A stretch of 60,019 bases of DNA, filler included, from Squatina squatina (lineage: Eukaryota), in assembly GCA_031763465.1 (NCBI GenBank). It is 3 parts of 3 records of this genome, joined end to end, with 100 filler letters (N's around TTAATTAATTAA, not from the genome) between each part and the next. Parts side by side here need not be neighbours in the genome. Positions count along the whole stretch, not along the records: positions 38,011 to 60,019 come from JARFOE010000016.1; 2 more parts are not named here. The stretch is one strand, 5' to 3'. The notes under the pieces are model-generated. The model was not told the DNA's origin. It was given only the letters and a program-made list of their open reading frames with translations, and ran no database searches. Every line of letters begins with the position of its first letter. Within the stretch, counting starts at the first letter, position 1. This document shows positions 39,147 to 52,465 of the stretch, piece after piece. A program made the translations under genes and the position numbers.

Positions 39147-40062
39147 AATAGTTTGGGAGAATTCTTCTCTGACCCTTGAAGGCAATCAAACCGAGTTCCA
39201 GAAGACCACAATGACCAAGTGACCATGAGGCACATCATCCAGCATCCCACCTACCTTGTGTGTGCAGTGATATCAGCTACAGCCAGGATCTGGTCCAGCT
39301 CCCTGTTGATCACCTGCAGGGAATCCACTGGACAAGCTCAGGCCTTTAAAACAGTGAAAGGTACAGATAAGGTTGAAGTACATAAGCTATTTAACTCGGA
39401 CAACAAGCATGGGCTGGAGAGCAATTACACATTGAATAGCTATTTTCTGAAGAATAATGATACCTGGAACAGGCTCTTAGAGAAGATAATTGATTCAGGT
39501 CCACTGACAGCTTTAAAAGGGAGCTGGAAGTTAACTGTTGGGAATTGAGTGGAGTAGTGATACTAATAACATTGCTTGATTGTTTTTTTAGGGGAGGTAG
39601 GAGGAAAAACTCAAGACGAATTTAGATTTAATAAATTCATACTCCTGGGACATAGCCTCATTCACTGGTTCTGCACATCAAAGAGTTGGGCAGGGAAATC
39701 AGTACAGATTTTAAAGCCATTAAAATGAATGGACAGAAAAGCAGCTTGATCCATTGACCTCCCTACCCAGATTCCCATTAGGAGCTTCAGCATGTGAAAC
39801 AAAAAGTGCAGATTTGTGAAATCTACACTGATCATTAAAGTAGGAAATCAAGGGCCTGAAATTCAGCAGGGTCCGAAATTGGGTTAATGCCTACTTAAGG
39901 TGTTAATGGGGCGCTAAACATTCTTTAGGCGTTAAATCGCCANNNNNNNNNNNNNNNNNNNNNNNNNNNNNNNNNNNNNNNNNNNNNNNNNNNNNNNNNN
40001 NNNNNNNNNNNNNNNNNNNNNNNNNNNNNNNNNNNNNNNNNNAGCTCCCTGTCTCTCCATCT

Positions 40063-40607
40063 CCATCTGGGAGGGATGCAAATGTGCCACTTATCTCCAG
40101 GGTGTCCTCCTCTGCGTCAGATAGCTGGACTATTTGTTGTGGTCCACCTCCAGTTCTCTCCCTCTCCTTTGCATTTGTCATTTCCTCTCCTACAAGGGAT
40201 GAAAAAAACCTGTGAGTTAGTGAAGGTCAGGTATTCACCCGATTGATGCAATGCATTTGTTGAGGGTGACTGTGAGATGCATCATATTGCATGAAGATTG
40301 GGCTGAGTCGCAATGGTGGAAGGATAAATGGGGAATTGATGAAGTGCATATAAAGTGAAGGCAGGGTGCTGCTGAAAGTTGAGTGGGTGTGAGAAGTGAC
40401 GTGAGGAGAACACGTAGCAAGGCAAAGTGAAAGAGGGGGTTTAAACCACAGGATGTAGGTGAATCAGTAAATGTACTCACCTTCCCTGACCTGGTAAAGT
40501 CATTAAGCCGCTTCCTGCACTGCATCCAAGACTGGGGCACAATGCTTCTGCTGCTCACCTCCTCAGCTACCTCCATCTATGCCTGCTTGGTGAGGGCCAT
40601 AGGTTTC
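40063..40607 (-). mobile_element. Second Harbinger Myb/SANT gene copy
   Basis: EVAEEVSSRSIVPQSWMQCRKRLNDFTRSGK|GTGAGT; intron homologous to 38390-38670; exon 2 NAKERERTGGGPQQIVQLSDAEEDTL. Confidence 0.8.
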
Positions 40608-40708
40608 NNNNNNNNNNNNNNNNNNNNNNNNNNNNNNNNNNNNNNNNNNNNNNNNNNNNNNNNNNNNNNNNNNNNNNNNNNNNNNNNNNNNNNNNNNNNN
40701 NNNNNNNA

Positions 40709-41442
40709 ATTCCCTTCATCATCGTACAAACCTCAATCAGCTAACCCCTAAGTCAATGCTTCTCTAAAGTTCAGGGTCCCAGCTCTTTTAGCCTATCCTG
40801 AAAACTAAGATGCTTTAAAACTGGGAATTAGTCTCGTGGCCCTCCTCTGCACCCTCTCCAAAGCCTCAATATCACCCAACATGTGAGCAGACCAAAACTG
40901 GACACAGTATTCCAAGGTCTTGTACAAGGATGAAATAGTATGCCTCGTCTCAACTCAGTTATCCCAGCAACCTACTGTCTAGCTGTTGCTTCACGGCATT
41001 GCTCATGAATCTTTGGAGATCTATGCAGTAGAACACCCAGATCGCTGTCTTTCTCCACCTTGATGCTTTTCCCTATGTTGAGTAGTCACCCTGCCCACAT
41101 GCATAACACTACATTTTTCCAAATTAAACCTCATTTGCCAGTCATGAGCCCAATCGCCCAACACATCAAGATCCATCTGAAGCCATTGAGCATCGTTTAC
41201 AGTCCCAACACCTGCACAAATCTTAGTATTATCTTCAAATTTGCAGATCATGTCCCCAATACCTACATTTAGATCATTTAATAAAAATAGTAAAGAGATA
41301 CGGCCCCAACGCCGATGCCTGCAGAACGCCACTGGTGACAGGTCTCCAAACAGATCCAAATCCATCTATAACTACTTTTTGCCTACGTCCTTCCAGCCAG
41401 TTCTCAATCCTGCTCAATATATTATCACTAATACCAGTGGTT
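40709..41442 (-). mobile_element. CR1 LINE RT fragment
   Basis: [16 protein letters not shown]...[13 protein letters not shown]; NDL...KFEDNTKI...WQMRFNLEKCSVMH. Confidence 0.9.
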
Positions 41443-43559
41443 AATGTCAACCAGGGAGTGCCTAGGGAACTACACCTGCATTCCCCCACTGCCCTGGCAT
41501 TGTATAATATTGACCACTTTGTGGCAATGTGCTAGCACTGTGAGGAAGATATGGAAAAGCCTCTACTGTATTAAACTGTATTAAAAAAGATAATGGAACT
41601 AAATGTGGAATTGTCATCAGGCCTAGCTGGTATGCATCCCATAATACGGAAAGAGGGTGGGGAAGGCACTTTGGGAATGGGAATTATGTCGCAGGGCTGC
41701 AAATGTTACAATTCTGTTCAAGAAAGGAGAAAGGGATTAGCCAGGAAATTCTAAAAGTCAAAAGGTACTCAAGGTGAGTACTGTGCACCTCAGAGCCAAG
41801 AGGGTGGAGACTATTCCTGCTAGTGTTAGAAATGTTAACATTCAAAACAACATGTCATAGAAACCTCTTAATGGGAACACCCATAGAAAGCACAAAGTTC
41901 CTTCTATCCAGCTGTTGTAAGATAAACACAGTAGATGTATAGTGGATGAATTGCTGCCTAAGAAAATGTTTCCTTCAAATAAATACCCCCATTGAGATGG
42001 TGCCCACTAACTGGCATGTACTGTAGAGCTATGTTTGTCTTTAGATCTGACTCATAATCAGTTTCATAACCAATGTGGAAACATGCAATCAATAATGGAA
42101 TAATACTAATTAGAGAAGAACAGTTGACTTAACCTGACCCATATTTTAGTAGCTTTCACCATAGCTCCATCTTTCCCTTTCTCGCACTCTCCCATAGATA
42201 CACTTATTACACACAGAAAGAAGCAGTGGAGAGGTTTAAGTTCATTAAATAGTCTTTTCCATTATATATTATTCTTTCTATGGTTATATATAAATCAGTA
42301 GATATATGAAAAAATCTGATGCAATTCTGAAAATTATTTCGGAGTATATATTCCCTTTCACACAGCCCCTTCCTGTTAGATGGGTCTGCTTTCTTCCACC
42401 TTGAAGAACATTTCTCTCTTGTCCTGCATCTCTGAGATCTGCTCCTTTCTTTATTGGCAGCTGCCCATTCCCTGCCTTTCTCTACACCCCCTTATGGAAT
42501 TCGTGCTATTGCCTCTCGCTCTCCAGAGAGATAGAAAATCCTGCAGGAGATTAGCTTTCTACCAGATTTCCCAGGAATAGTGGAAAATATTGGCTATTTT
42601 GGTGCAGTGAACGCACTGGTCATCATCACAGAATCTGGACATCAGCTCACAGAATGACAGGGAAAAATGATTACAATGGACACAAAGTGTGAGGAGAGCA
42701 ATCTTGGTTAATACTGTACGAAATTTCAAGACTAATTACTAGAGTGACATGTGATGTATCTTATGGGAGCACAAGTAACAGACCACACAAATGTTGTCTT
42801 ATCTATTATCTATTCAATATGAAAACATGCCTCGGCAAGAACATTTAACACCACATGTCCAACATAATAATTACTCGCAGTTCAGTGCACTACATTGTGT
42901 TCGAAATGAATATAACTGGAAATAATTGTGCGAAAGAATTTATCAGTGTGACTTCATATTAACAGTCATTGGAATTTCAGTAGTATTATATTTTGTTCAC
43001 ATTTTATATGAACCCAGCACATCCTTAGATTCTTGCAGGGGTAGAGAATGAGAGAGAAAGAGTGCAAAAGAACCACAAAAATAGAGAGAAAGCAAAGAAA
43101 AACAATAGCAAGAAATAGGGAGAAAACAGCTACTACAATTTTGGGTCTGTGCTGCAGACAACACCAGTTNNNNNNNNNNNNNNNNNNNNNNNNNNNNNNN
43201 NNNNNNNNNNNNNNNNNNNNNNNNNNNNNNNNNNNNNNNNNNNNNNNNNNNNNNNNNNNNNNNNNNNNNGTTTTAGTCTATCAGTGTTGCCCAATTGTGA
43301 CATAGCACAATGATGAGTATAAACCACACCTTCTGCAATCATCTCAATTTATAGTCTGTGGGCATGAATCTCCTGCTGGAACTTTCAGCTTTGCTGCTGG
43401 TGCAAAATGGGTGAAATGGGATTGAAGTCAACGGAATGGAATATCAGGCTGACCTATAATGGGCAACGGATTCAATATCGCTTGCTTCGCCTGCCTGCCA
43501 AAGTTCCGTCCACAATATTAAACTTATATCAGGACTTGTGAGCTACGTTAATAGCGTTC

Positions 43560-43940
43560 ATGCTGCTCCCATGATGGTTCAGCAAGTTTATCCAGTGAGT
43601 AGCTGAGCCATACCGATAGATGGCCGGTTTGAATTGTGGTGAGTAAGCTGATTTCAGTCAGAGAGCAGTGGTAGGTATGCTACAATCGACCTCAGCGTTC
43701 CTTAATTAGGGAGGAGTAAATCAGCCAGGGTTCCTGGGCGTACACACTAGGCAAGTATGCGTGAGTTGATATTTGGTGAGAACAGGATTGACCTTGGCAA
43801 TGATGCCCCTTGAAATTGAAATAGCCTGCCAACCCTCTCTGCCAAGTCATGCATATGAATAATGGTCACCTGGACAAGGTACCAGAGGATACTTTTTGAA
43901 CCAGACCTCAACAGCACCTTGAGAGGGGGTGAGGGGAGAC
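43560..43940 (+). mobile_element. Old SINE-like family, most complete copy
   Basis: tRNA-like head remnant, GCTACAATCGACCTCAGCG, AATCAGCCAGGGTTCC, ATGAATAATGGTCACCTGGACAAGGTACCAGAGG. Confidence 0.55.
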
Positions 43941-44037
43941 TTTTTACAGAAAAGAATACTGCTGAAATTAGCCTTGTTGCCTGACCTAGCATTTTCTGCA
44001 GAGCAGTAAGCCAGGTTAAAAATTACTAACACACTAA

Positions 44038-44419
44038 GGGCTAGAAATTTGTGAACGCCATGTTGGAAACGCTGTAGCAGGGAATAGTGCCCCAATAGCA
44101 TCCAGTGTTACTTGTGACTGGGTGGTGCAAAATTTGTTTAAGTTTTTGCTTTTTCCAGGTGTGGCGTTGTCATAGGCGCTGACAGCTGCAGAGAGACACT
44201 GGAGGAGCGCTCTCTTGAATTTACCAACAACTTTCATGTGGCACATCTTGTTAAGCAATTGCATTCCCACTGCCTCGATTCACATAAAAGACTGGCTGGT
44301 CACAGTTCAGCAGCTTGTTTGGCTGTGGAAAGAATTGTCTTCTGAGAGCCATCATGTCTGGAGTATCCACCGGAGCAGGAGATTTACAGATGTGGCACTG
44401 GAGACGCTGGCCACATCGG
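44038..44419 (+). mobile_element. Harbinger end with start of the Myb gene
   Basis: TAA + GGGCTAGAAATT TIR; about 330 bp inside it reads RSRRFTDVALETL. Confidence 0.65.
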
Positions 44420-44589
44420 NNNNNNNNNNNNNNNNNNNNNNNNNNNNNNNNNNNNNNNNNNNNNNNNNNNNNNNNNNNNNNNNNNNNNNNNNNNNNNNNN
44501 NNNNNNNNNNNNNNNNNNNAGGTGCTTTGTGGCTGCAGCAGGTGCTGAAAGTCATTCTGCAACTGAATCTGACTTGGGAAAGAGAGAAT

Positions 44590-45612
44590 AGCTGACCATG
44601 GGAGAGAGCAGGCCTTCAGGTTTTCGCATGCTGCACTGGAGGTCTTGATAGATGAGGTGGAAAGGAAGAAAAAAGTCCTGTATCCTCAGGGAAGAGTGGG
44701 AACAGATAGTCACAAAGGTTAATGCCAGGAGTACAGCCTCAAGGACCTGAACGCAGTGCCGAAAGAAGTTTAATAACCACACACAAGTGGTCAAGGTTAG
44801 TGAATGCATCTTCAAATGCCACATCCTACCAACAGCACCACTATCCTCAGCCACCACTCAATTCACCACACCCCCATCACTCACCTACCAATAGTCTCTA
44901 GCAATCAGGATTCGTACTTAACATTCTTTTGTTTCACCTCACACACTTAGCACTGTTGTAAGCCTCATGCCCATATCTCACAACTTGCACTGCCAGCTAT
45001 TCAACCCTGACAGCCACACCACCCAAACAGATTGCATGACACTCACACACTTCCCTCTCTCTTGCAGGCGAAGGTGACACACAACTAGAGGCAGCAGGGA
45101 CCAACCAAAGGGGGAGAGGCAGGCATGCATGTTCTAGCCCCATGGAGGAGACGGCGCTGGCTTGGAGCCCATAATTTCCAGCATTGGAACAGGTGGCCAA
45201 TTCCATCAACACACTTGTGGAACTAATCTGATGGCCAATATCTCAGCTTCTATTGTAGCACAAGCAGCAGCCACCCAACATCTGGGTGCTGCAGTGAAAG
45301 CTCAGACTATTGCCATCAGAGCCCTGGATACAAGTGTTCAAAGGGGCTTCCATAGTGTCACAGCAGACTGGCAATCTGTTCTCCAACAGATTACTCGGAT
45401 TGTTGACGTGCCACCCTGGGGGAGTGGCAGTGGTTCCATAAAGCACGAACCTGCTGTCCTCTCTCAGGATGACAGCATTCGTTCTCCCACCCCTGCCACT
45501 CTGCCAGTGCCCTTGCTGTTGCCGGTCAGGCAGCCCAGACTGCTGCCGTTCATGCTGAGATGGAGCAGTCTGCAGCCGGGACTTCTAGGCCCCCAGCTGC
45601 ACCATCACAGAA
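44590..45612 (+). mobile_element. Harbinger Myb/SANT gene, internally deleted
   Basis: REQAFRFSHAALEVLIDEVERKKKVLYPQ...WEQIVTKVNARS...QCRKKFNN..VVK|GTTAGT; acceptor CTCTCTCTTGCAG| AKVTHN*RQQ; then the C-terminal block shared with 37150-37520. Confidence 0.75.
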
Positions 45613-45948
45613 GCCAGTCTTCAGCCAATTCGACTCACTCAACGTGATATCAAGAAACTGCTGAGCGCACGGGATACAGCAAAGGCAATGGGCCCCGACA
45701 ACATCCCAGCTATCATCCTGAAGACTTGTGCTCCAGAACTAGCCACGCCTCTAACCAAGCTGTTCCAGTACAGTGAAAACACTGGCATTTATCCGACAAT
45801 GTGGAAAACTGCCCATGTATGTCCTGTCCATAAAAAGTTGGAGAAATCCAAACCAGCCAATTACCGCCCCAGCAGTCTACTTTCAATCATCAGCACAGTG
45901 ATGGAAGGAGTCATCGACAGTGCTATCAAGCGACACTTGATCACCAAT
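45613..45948 (+). mobile_element. LINE (CR1/L2 group) RT N-terminal fragment
   Basis: KAMGPDNIPAIILKTCAPELATPLTKLFQ...WKTAHVCPVHKK...NYRPSSLLSIIS. Confidence 0.9.
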
Positions 45949-46671
45949 NNNNNNNNNNNNNNNNNNNNNNNNNNNNNNNNNNNNNNNNNNNNNNNNNNNN
46001 NNNNNNNNNNNNNNNNNNNNNNNNNNNNNNNNNNNNNNNNNNNNNNNNGGCCACTTGACCCAACTATTAGGCAGTCCATCACACTGAAGCTAGTTGAATC
46101 ACTGTCTGATTTTCTTTTCTCCTCATGGTGAATGTACCTTACCCTACACTCTGATCTGTTCCTCACAAAATTGGCTCCTTCGTGACCTAGAATTCAGAAA
46201 ATCCTGCCCTGCCACTATTTTATTACAAGGGGACAAGAGGCACCCAACGTTTCAACGTGCACTTAAAAATATGTATGCTCTTAGGCTAAGATGTTACTGG
46301 TCGTTTAGGAATAAATTGCATGGGTGGCTTCACAAAAACCAATAAAGCATTACACCTTTTTATATTGTGTACACAGTAGCACAGATAAGCAGATTGCATG
46401 AAAACAGGGATGTTGGGTATCTAAATACATTCAAGGCCTTATCAGTGTCGTATGCTCACATTATGAGAAAGAAGGTATCGGGAGCGCTGGTACAAAACTA
46501 GGGTCAGGCTTCCAGAACTTCTATGTTCAACCTTAACATGTAGGGGCTTTTTTTTTGCGGGGGGGGGGTGTTTAGTTGGTGAGGAGTGGACAGGCGGAGC
46601 GCTTGTCATTCCTTCCATAATTATTTGAAGCTGCAACAGCTGGCCTATTACTTTGTTGTCAGCTCATAATA

Positions 46672-46786
46672 ATGAAGCTTTGTGGACCCATGATGGACAT
46701 GGATATGCCTGATTACACTGAAACACTGGATTCATCCTATACCATGCTTGAGTTTGACAGCCTGAGGGTACTGCCACCAAATAACG
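46672..46786 (+). CDS. HNF4B: Hepatocyte nuclear factor 4-beta (NR2A3), first coding exon
   Basis: MKLCGPMMDMDMPDYTETLDSSYTMLEFDSLRVLPPNN|GTGAGT, 115 nt; MDMPDYTETLDSSYTMLEFDS matches the amphibian HNF4-beta N-terminus as recalled. Confidence 0.9.
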
Positions 46787-46968
46787 GTGAGTTTTGATGG
46801 GTAAGTGAATTTGCTTGTTTAACTGGAGAGTTCTNNNNNNNNNNNNNNNNNNNNNNNNNNNNNNNNNNNNNNNNNNNNNNNNNNNNNNNNNNNNNNNNNN
46901 NNNNNNNNNNNNNNNNNNNNNNNNNNNNNNNNNNTATTCTCATAGTGTACAGCACATTGTTAGTCTGA

Positions 46969-47283
<315 letters not shown>

Positions 47284-47599
47284 TAGCTAGTTTCAGAGCT
47301 GTCACTGACAGACCACAACCTTGGGATTTCCACATGCACTTGCGCCAAATCCTGAAGTTGCAGTCAGTTTCAAAGGTAGCACGACAGAGTAAGTCATCAT
47401 ACCGACCGCAAATTCAGGGCCATTGTTTTTAAGTGAGAAGATTATATTATTTCTGCACCCTGGCACATCTATCTCTCATTTGGTCAATCCTTACCTACAN
47501 NNNNNNNNNNNNNNNNNNNNNNNNNNNNNNNNNNNNNNNNNNNNNNNNNNNNNNNNNNNNNNNNNNNNNNNNNNNNNNNNNNNNNNNNNNNNNNNNNNN

Positions 47600-48090
47600 G
47601 TGTGATTAAGGGAAACAGAGAAATTGAGACGGCTGATGTCACATTGGCAGTTCGCAATAAAATAATCTAGAGAGGGTAAGAAGCCAGAGGGAGGGGAGGA
47701 AGTGTTAGCTGTGTGGGGGGAAGACTCCTGGCCAAAGAAGTGGGCATGGAGGGAAAGGAATCGGAAAAAGAGCTCAATGTAGTGCCGAGCTCGAAATTCA
47801 TTGAGTTGGGTGCTTAAAGGGATGAAGCTCAGACCTTTGCTGAGGACTGATCGTTTGGGATTAGAGAGGGGAAGGTCAGAGACGATAGTGAATACATGGC
47901 AGGGGGTAAGATTGGAAGAAGGGATGGGNNNNNNNNNNGAAGGTTCTGGAGGGGCGTTGGGGTCCGAGGGTTGCTGAAGCTTACGATCCTTGACACCTGA
48001 AAGGAAGCAAAAATGTTTTCTATTAAAGCAGCGGATGAGGCGAAGGATGAAATGGAACTTTGAACCAGGATATATTGACCTTTGTGAGGG
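47600..48090 (-). mobile_element. L2-like LINE fragment
   Basis: Purine-rich plus strand typical of antisense L2; minus strand reads FASSAALIENIFASFQ...; the RT core is not visible. Confidence 0.45.
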
Positions 48091-48550
48091 TACAACGCAG
48101 AATGATACTTGCGCTTAAAGGGTTAAATTATGAGGACAGGTTGCATACACGTGGTTTGCATTCCCTTGAGGTTGAAGATTGAGGGGTGATCAAATTGAGA
48201 TCAAGATTTCATAGGGTAGATACACGGAAGCTGCTTCCTCGGGTGGAGGAATTCAGAGCAAGGCAGCACAGACTTAAATTAGAGCTAAGCCATTCAGGAA
48301 TGAAATCAGCAAGTACTTTTTCACTCCAAGTGTAATGGAAATGTGGGATTCTCTCCCCTAAAATGCTGTGGATGCTGGGGATCAACTGAAGTTTTCAAGA
48401 CTGAGATCAACATATTTTTATTAGGTAAGGGTATCAAGAGATATGGAACAATAGCGAGTCATTAAAGTTGAGTTACAGATTGGCCATGATCTAACTGAAT
48501 GTCAGAATAAGCTCAAGAGGTTGAATGGCATACTCATACTCCTGTGATCC
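48091..48550 (+). mobile_element. CR1 LINE 3' end abutting an HNF4B acceptor
   Basis: RMILALKGLNYEDRL...WDSLP; tail GAATGGCATACTCATACTCCTGTGATCC; homologous to 1-192. Confidence 0.85.
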
Positions 48551-48561
48551 TCTCTCTGTAG

Positions 48562-48649
48562 GTTGCATTGCTTAGAGCTCATGCAGGGGAACACTTGCTG
48601 CTGGGTCTGGCCAGACGTTCGATTCCCTACAAGGACATCCTCTTGCTAG
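48562..48649 (+). CDS. HNF4B: HNF4B ligand-binding-domain exon
   Basis: TCTCTCTGTAG|88 nt|GTATGA; [29 protein letters not shown]. Confidence 0.93.
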
Positions 48650-50039
48650 GTATGAATTGTCTTCTTTAAGGCAGTGAGTGGTATCTCAGTGTTCAAGCTG
48701 CTTTGATTTGCTGTTTTTCTAGCAATGCAAGACCACCCAAAGAGGATGGCCAAGATACCTCCTTCATAAGAAGTTCACATGTCCACTCTGACTATCTTAA
48801 TGATTGGCCAGAGATCCTCTAACCATCATTCAAGGTTTACTGNNNNNNNNNNNNNNNNNNNNNNNNNNNNNNNNNNNNNNNNNNNNNNNNNNNNNNNNNN
48901 NNNNNNNNNNNNNNNNNNNNNNNNNNNNNNNNNNNNNNNNNNGGAGCTTTACTCTGAACCTGAATCAGCTTTACCTTACCAAGAAGAGCTTGAACCTAAT
49001 ACTGGCTGACAGAATGCAAAAGGCGTTCCATTTCCCACTCGGACATCCTTCATATTAATGAGCACAAACTTCAGATCAAGTAGAAAATTAATGAAGGAAT
49101 ATTTGCACTAACTCACCTAATTTAACTACGCCCACAGTAACATCATTGCAAAGGTATCATCGTTACAGTGACAGAAAGCTGTGTAAACAGCTCTTTTAAT
49201 CATAGTATACTCAACAGTTATTGCAGGCACCATTATCAAAAAAAAAATTAGGATTGTAATTAAGGTTGTAAGTCGAGTGCAATTTGAATATAAATCAAAT
49301 ATGTAGATGAATTCCTTGTAACTGATATACCAATGTATTATTAGAGCAGTTGTTTTAAAACTGCAACAGATTTTAAATTTTAAGTATGCCAATGGTTGCA
49401 AACTAAATCTGTTGCCTGTTGCTGTGTAAATATAAATGTAATTAGAAACAATCACAAGTAAATTTAGGGTAATCATTGATATTTAAGAGTAATTTGTCAT
49501 TGTACTTCTCCATGAAGTAACATTAAAGCAGGAAATTGAAGTGCAGTAATTCAAAAATGAAAAACAGTGCAGAATCTTCTCATTAAAATCCTCTCTTCTC
49601 CCCAAGAATATTCCATTGTAAGTAAGATATTAAAATCTAAACCGGTCATATGGCTGAAAGACTGGCTATCCAGTTTTCTGTCAAAATAGAAGTTATTTAA
49701 GGAATTGTACCATCTAGAAGGAAACAGAATAAATTCGGATTCCCACAATAATCCCTATGCTGGAGTGCGGTATTATACAACACATTAGTTCCTGAGATTA
49801 GCACATTTGTGGGTATCACGTGTTGCACGTACATTTCCTAATGATTCTGTACAGTTAAGTAGCATCAGGATCAATGTTCCTCAGGACCGGCTTTTCAAAT
49901 GTGAAATTTCTAGCATGCCCGTTAAAGGGGCCGTGCGCCCAAAAGAAAATTAGCGGGAATATCGATCTTGATACATGCTTGATGTGGAACTGAGCAATAC
50001 AGACCAGGAAGGTCCCAGGTTTATTCATTGGCCTTTGGT

Positions 50040-50697
50040 GGTGGTGGAGGGGGGGTGGTGTGCACGAGCCCCAATGTGGGTGGGCGCACCTGAAGACTTA
50101 ACAGTAGGGCCTCACTTAAATAAAAGTTCCAGGAGTTCCACCCGATACCCGGCCAGATTCATTACCTGGCCGGCCGGCGGGCGGGCGACAGCAGGAATTT
50201 GGTGATATGACGATGCAGCCAGGGACCTGTGGGAACAGTCCCCGACAGTTACTGGGAGAAGGTGTCAACAGGTGCTCGGGGTTCAGTGTGGTGGAGGGAG
50301 GGGGCGGCGGGTCAAGCATGATCGGAGATATGCCGAGGCCGAGGAGTCCAAAGGACTCCTTGCAGGGCCTGCGGGGAGGACGCCTGCTCCTCCTGGTACA
50401 CGAGGGGTCCTAAAAGAAGCGCATCTTTAAAAATGTACCATGGCCTCTTCTGGCCAGTCAGTGTCTCCCATCGTAGTTCTGCTGGCATGCTGGAGACAGT
50501 GCGACACTCCCCCTGATGTGAAGTTAATATTACATCTTTGAGTTTTTAACATTAAGTAGGCCTCTAGCAGGAGCCTCATCGATTGCATGATTGGTCATCT
50601 TAAAATTTACAATAGCCAAGAGAGTGTCGTGAGTTAGAATTTTCAAGTTTTCACCCCTCCCGCACACCATTCTCGCTGGGGTGTTAAAATCCCAGCC
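50040..50697. mobile_element. GC-rich MITE-like element
   Basis: Sharp GC/CpG-rich block ending GTTAAAATCCCAGCC, a near reverse complement of the GGGCTGGATTTTAAC end seen at 59613. Confidence 0.55.
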
Positions 50698-50699
50698 AT

Positions 50700-51000
50700 G
50701 GCAACTTCATCCTTAATTAGAGACTTGAAAATTTTCCCTACACAGATGCTAAACTAACTGGACTTAGCCAAACTATTTCTGCTTCCCCTTGTAAACACAG
50801 ATGCTTCATTGGCCACTCTCCAGTCCTCCAGCACACATCCACATTCAATGGAGCCCCGAAATATAATTTCTAGGGCCGTGGCAATTTGCTTCCTCAGGAC
50901 CCTAGGATGTATCCTGTTGGGCCATAGTGCTTTGTCTTCCTTTATCCCAATTCACTTATCTAAAATATTCCTTTTATCTATCATAGTATCATTCACCTCA
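50700..51000 (-). mobile_element. Old CR1 fragment
   Basis: Minus strand KALWPNRIHPRVLRK, a KxxGPDxxHPRVL-like motif. Confidence 0.55.
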
Positions 51001-51044
51001 GTCTCCACTACTTCAAGATTGATAAAGATTGATGTGAAATACTG

Positions 51045-51300
51045 CATCAGGGATGGGGAGGGAAGAGTGAGGGACTCGAGCTTTTCCCACTTTTGATTGT
51101 TATTCAGGGACTTCTGGCAAGTGCATGAGTGTGGATGATCAGATGAAGCAGAATTGGGCTTGGCTGGGATTCCCCAGCCGTCACACCGGACGAATAACTT
51201 GCAAGGCCCACTTCCTACACTTGCACATGAAGAATGGTCACTTGAATAAGGTATTAGAGGGCATCCAACACCAGGGAACCATACCCAGAGACAATAGGAG
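51045..51300 (+). mobile_element. Old SINE-like family copy
   Basis: CACATGAAGAATGGTCACTTGAATAAGGTATTAGAGG matches 43852-43890. Confidence 0.55.
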
Positions 51301-52003
51301 AAAATATATTGTGACAACGAAGTCAGTCGGCTGACGGGATATTTTGAAGCAAAGGGTGAGTATTGCCAGCAAAGCTGTCACACACTACCTTGTCCTTTGT
51401 TTACTTTGAGACTTTAATCCAGGTAGGCGAGGACATTTTTAAAAGTCAGAAAGTAGATTTGGTGACTCTAAGCATATTACCCATTTGACAAGCACCAAAA
51501 ATCAGGAAGAGGGCAATTTACATTTCACTTACAATGCAGTTTAATGAAAATGTGTAAGGCATTCAAAGGCTAGTTATGATTAGACCTTATTTAAAGTTAA
51601 CATTCAGCAGGATACTAAATCAGATTGGGTGATCATAAAAATTACAGCATTGGATATTTTCCCATTCAGAAAGTTTTACCATTTAAGGATGAAGGAAAAC
51701 ACACTGGTTGCGGTGAGGCTCCTTACATCAGTCAAGCAGATCAAAAAGCAGCATGCTAGTCCAGTATAACAAGCCTGGACTCTTGGCCAAAGAAAATAGT
51801 ATTGATGCAAAAGCACCAACTTGAAAACATTGAGGAACAAAAACAAAATGAAGCAAAATAAAAATCTCAAAAGACTATCACTGATTTAGCAATTATAAGC
51901 AAAGACTTTGCTCCTTATGTTAGTAAACGGTAGAGCGACATTATCAATATGCACTGCATTTTCCCTCAAGTAGGTCTGCTAATTCTGCATGCAGAGTTAC
52001 TTA

Positions 52004-52465
52004 GGGCCAGAACTTGCTGCCAAAATAATGGCGAAATGAATGATACTCCTCGTTACTTCTGTGTAAATGGTACAGCAACTTCAGGCAAGGGGCAGATACC
52101 AATATCCAAATGTTGCTGCCCAAGTTGCGCTGCTCCGCTGTTAGCTTTGTGAAAACAGCAGCACGCTGTCTGCCTCACCATTGAAATGCATTTTACGGCG
52201 TGAAGTTGCTGTACTTANNNNNNNNNNCATGATAAATATTATTTACTGCCAATCAACCTCTCTGGCACTGAAAATCAACTATTACAAGTATGAAGTCTCA
52301 TTCCTTCCGGTATTGTCATTGGGACATTTTTCAAATGTAAAATTTTATATTTACATTTTTTTTTCTTCTCTCTCTCTTAATCCAACCTTCCTTTATTTTT
52401 TTCTGTACCTGATCTTTCATTGAGTTCATCCACTCTAATTTACACTTCCTTCTCAGTCCTTGCGC
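52004..52465. mobile_element. Non-autonomous DNA transposon end (Harbinger-like TIR)
   Basis: TTA + GGGCCAGAACTTGC terminus. Confidence 0.5.
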
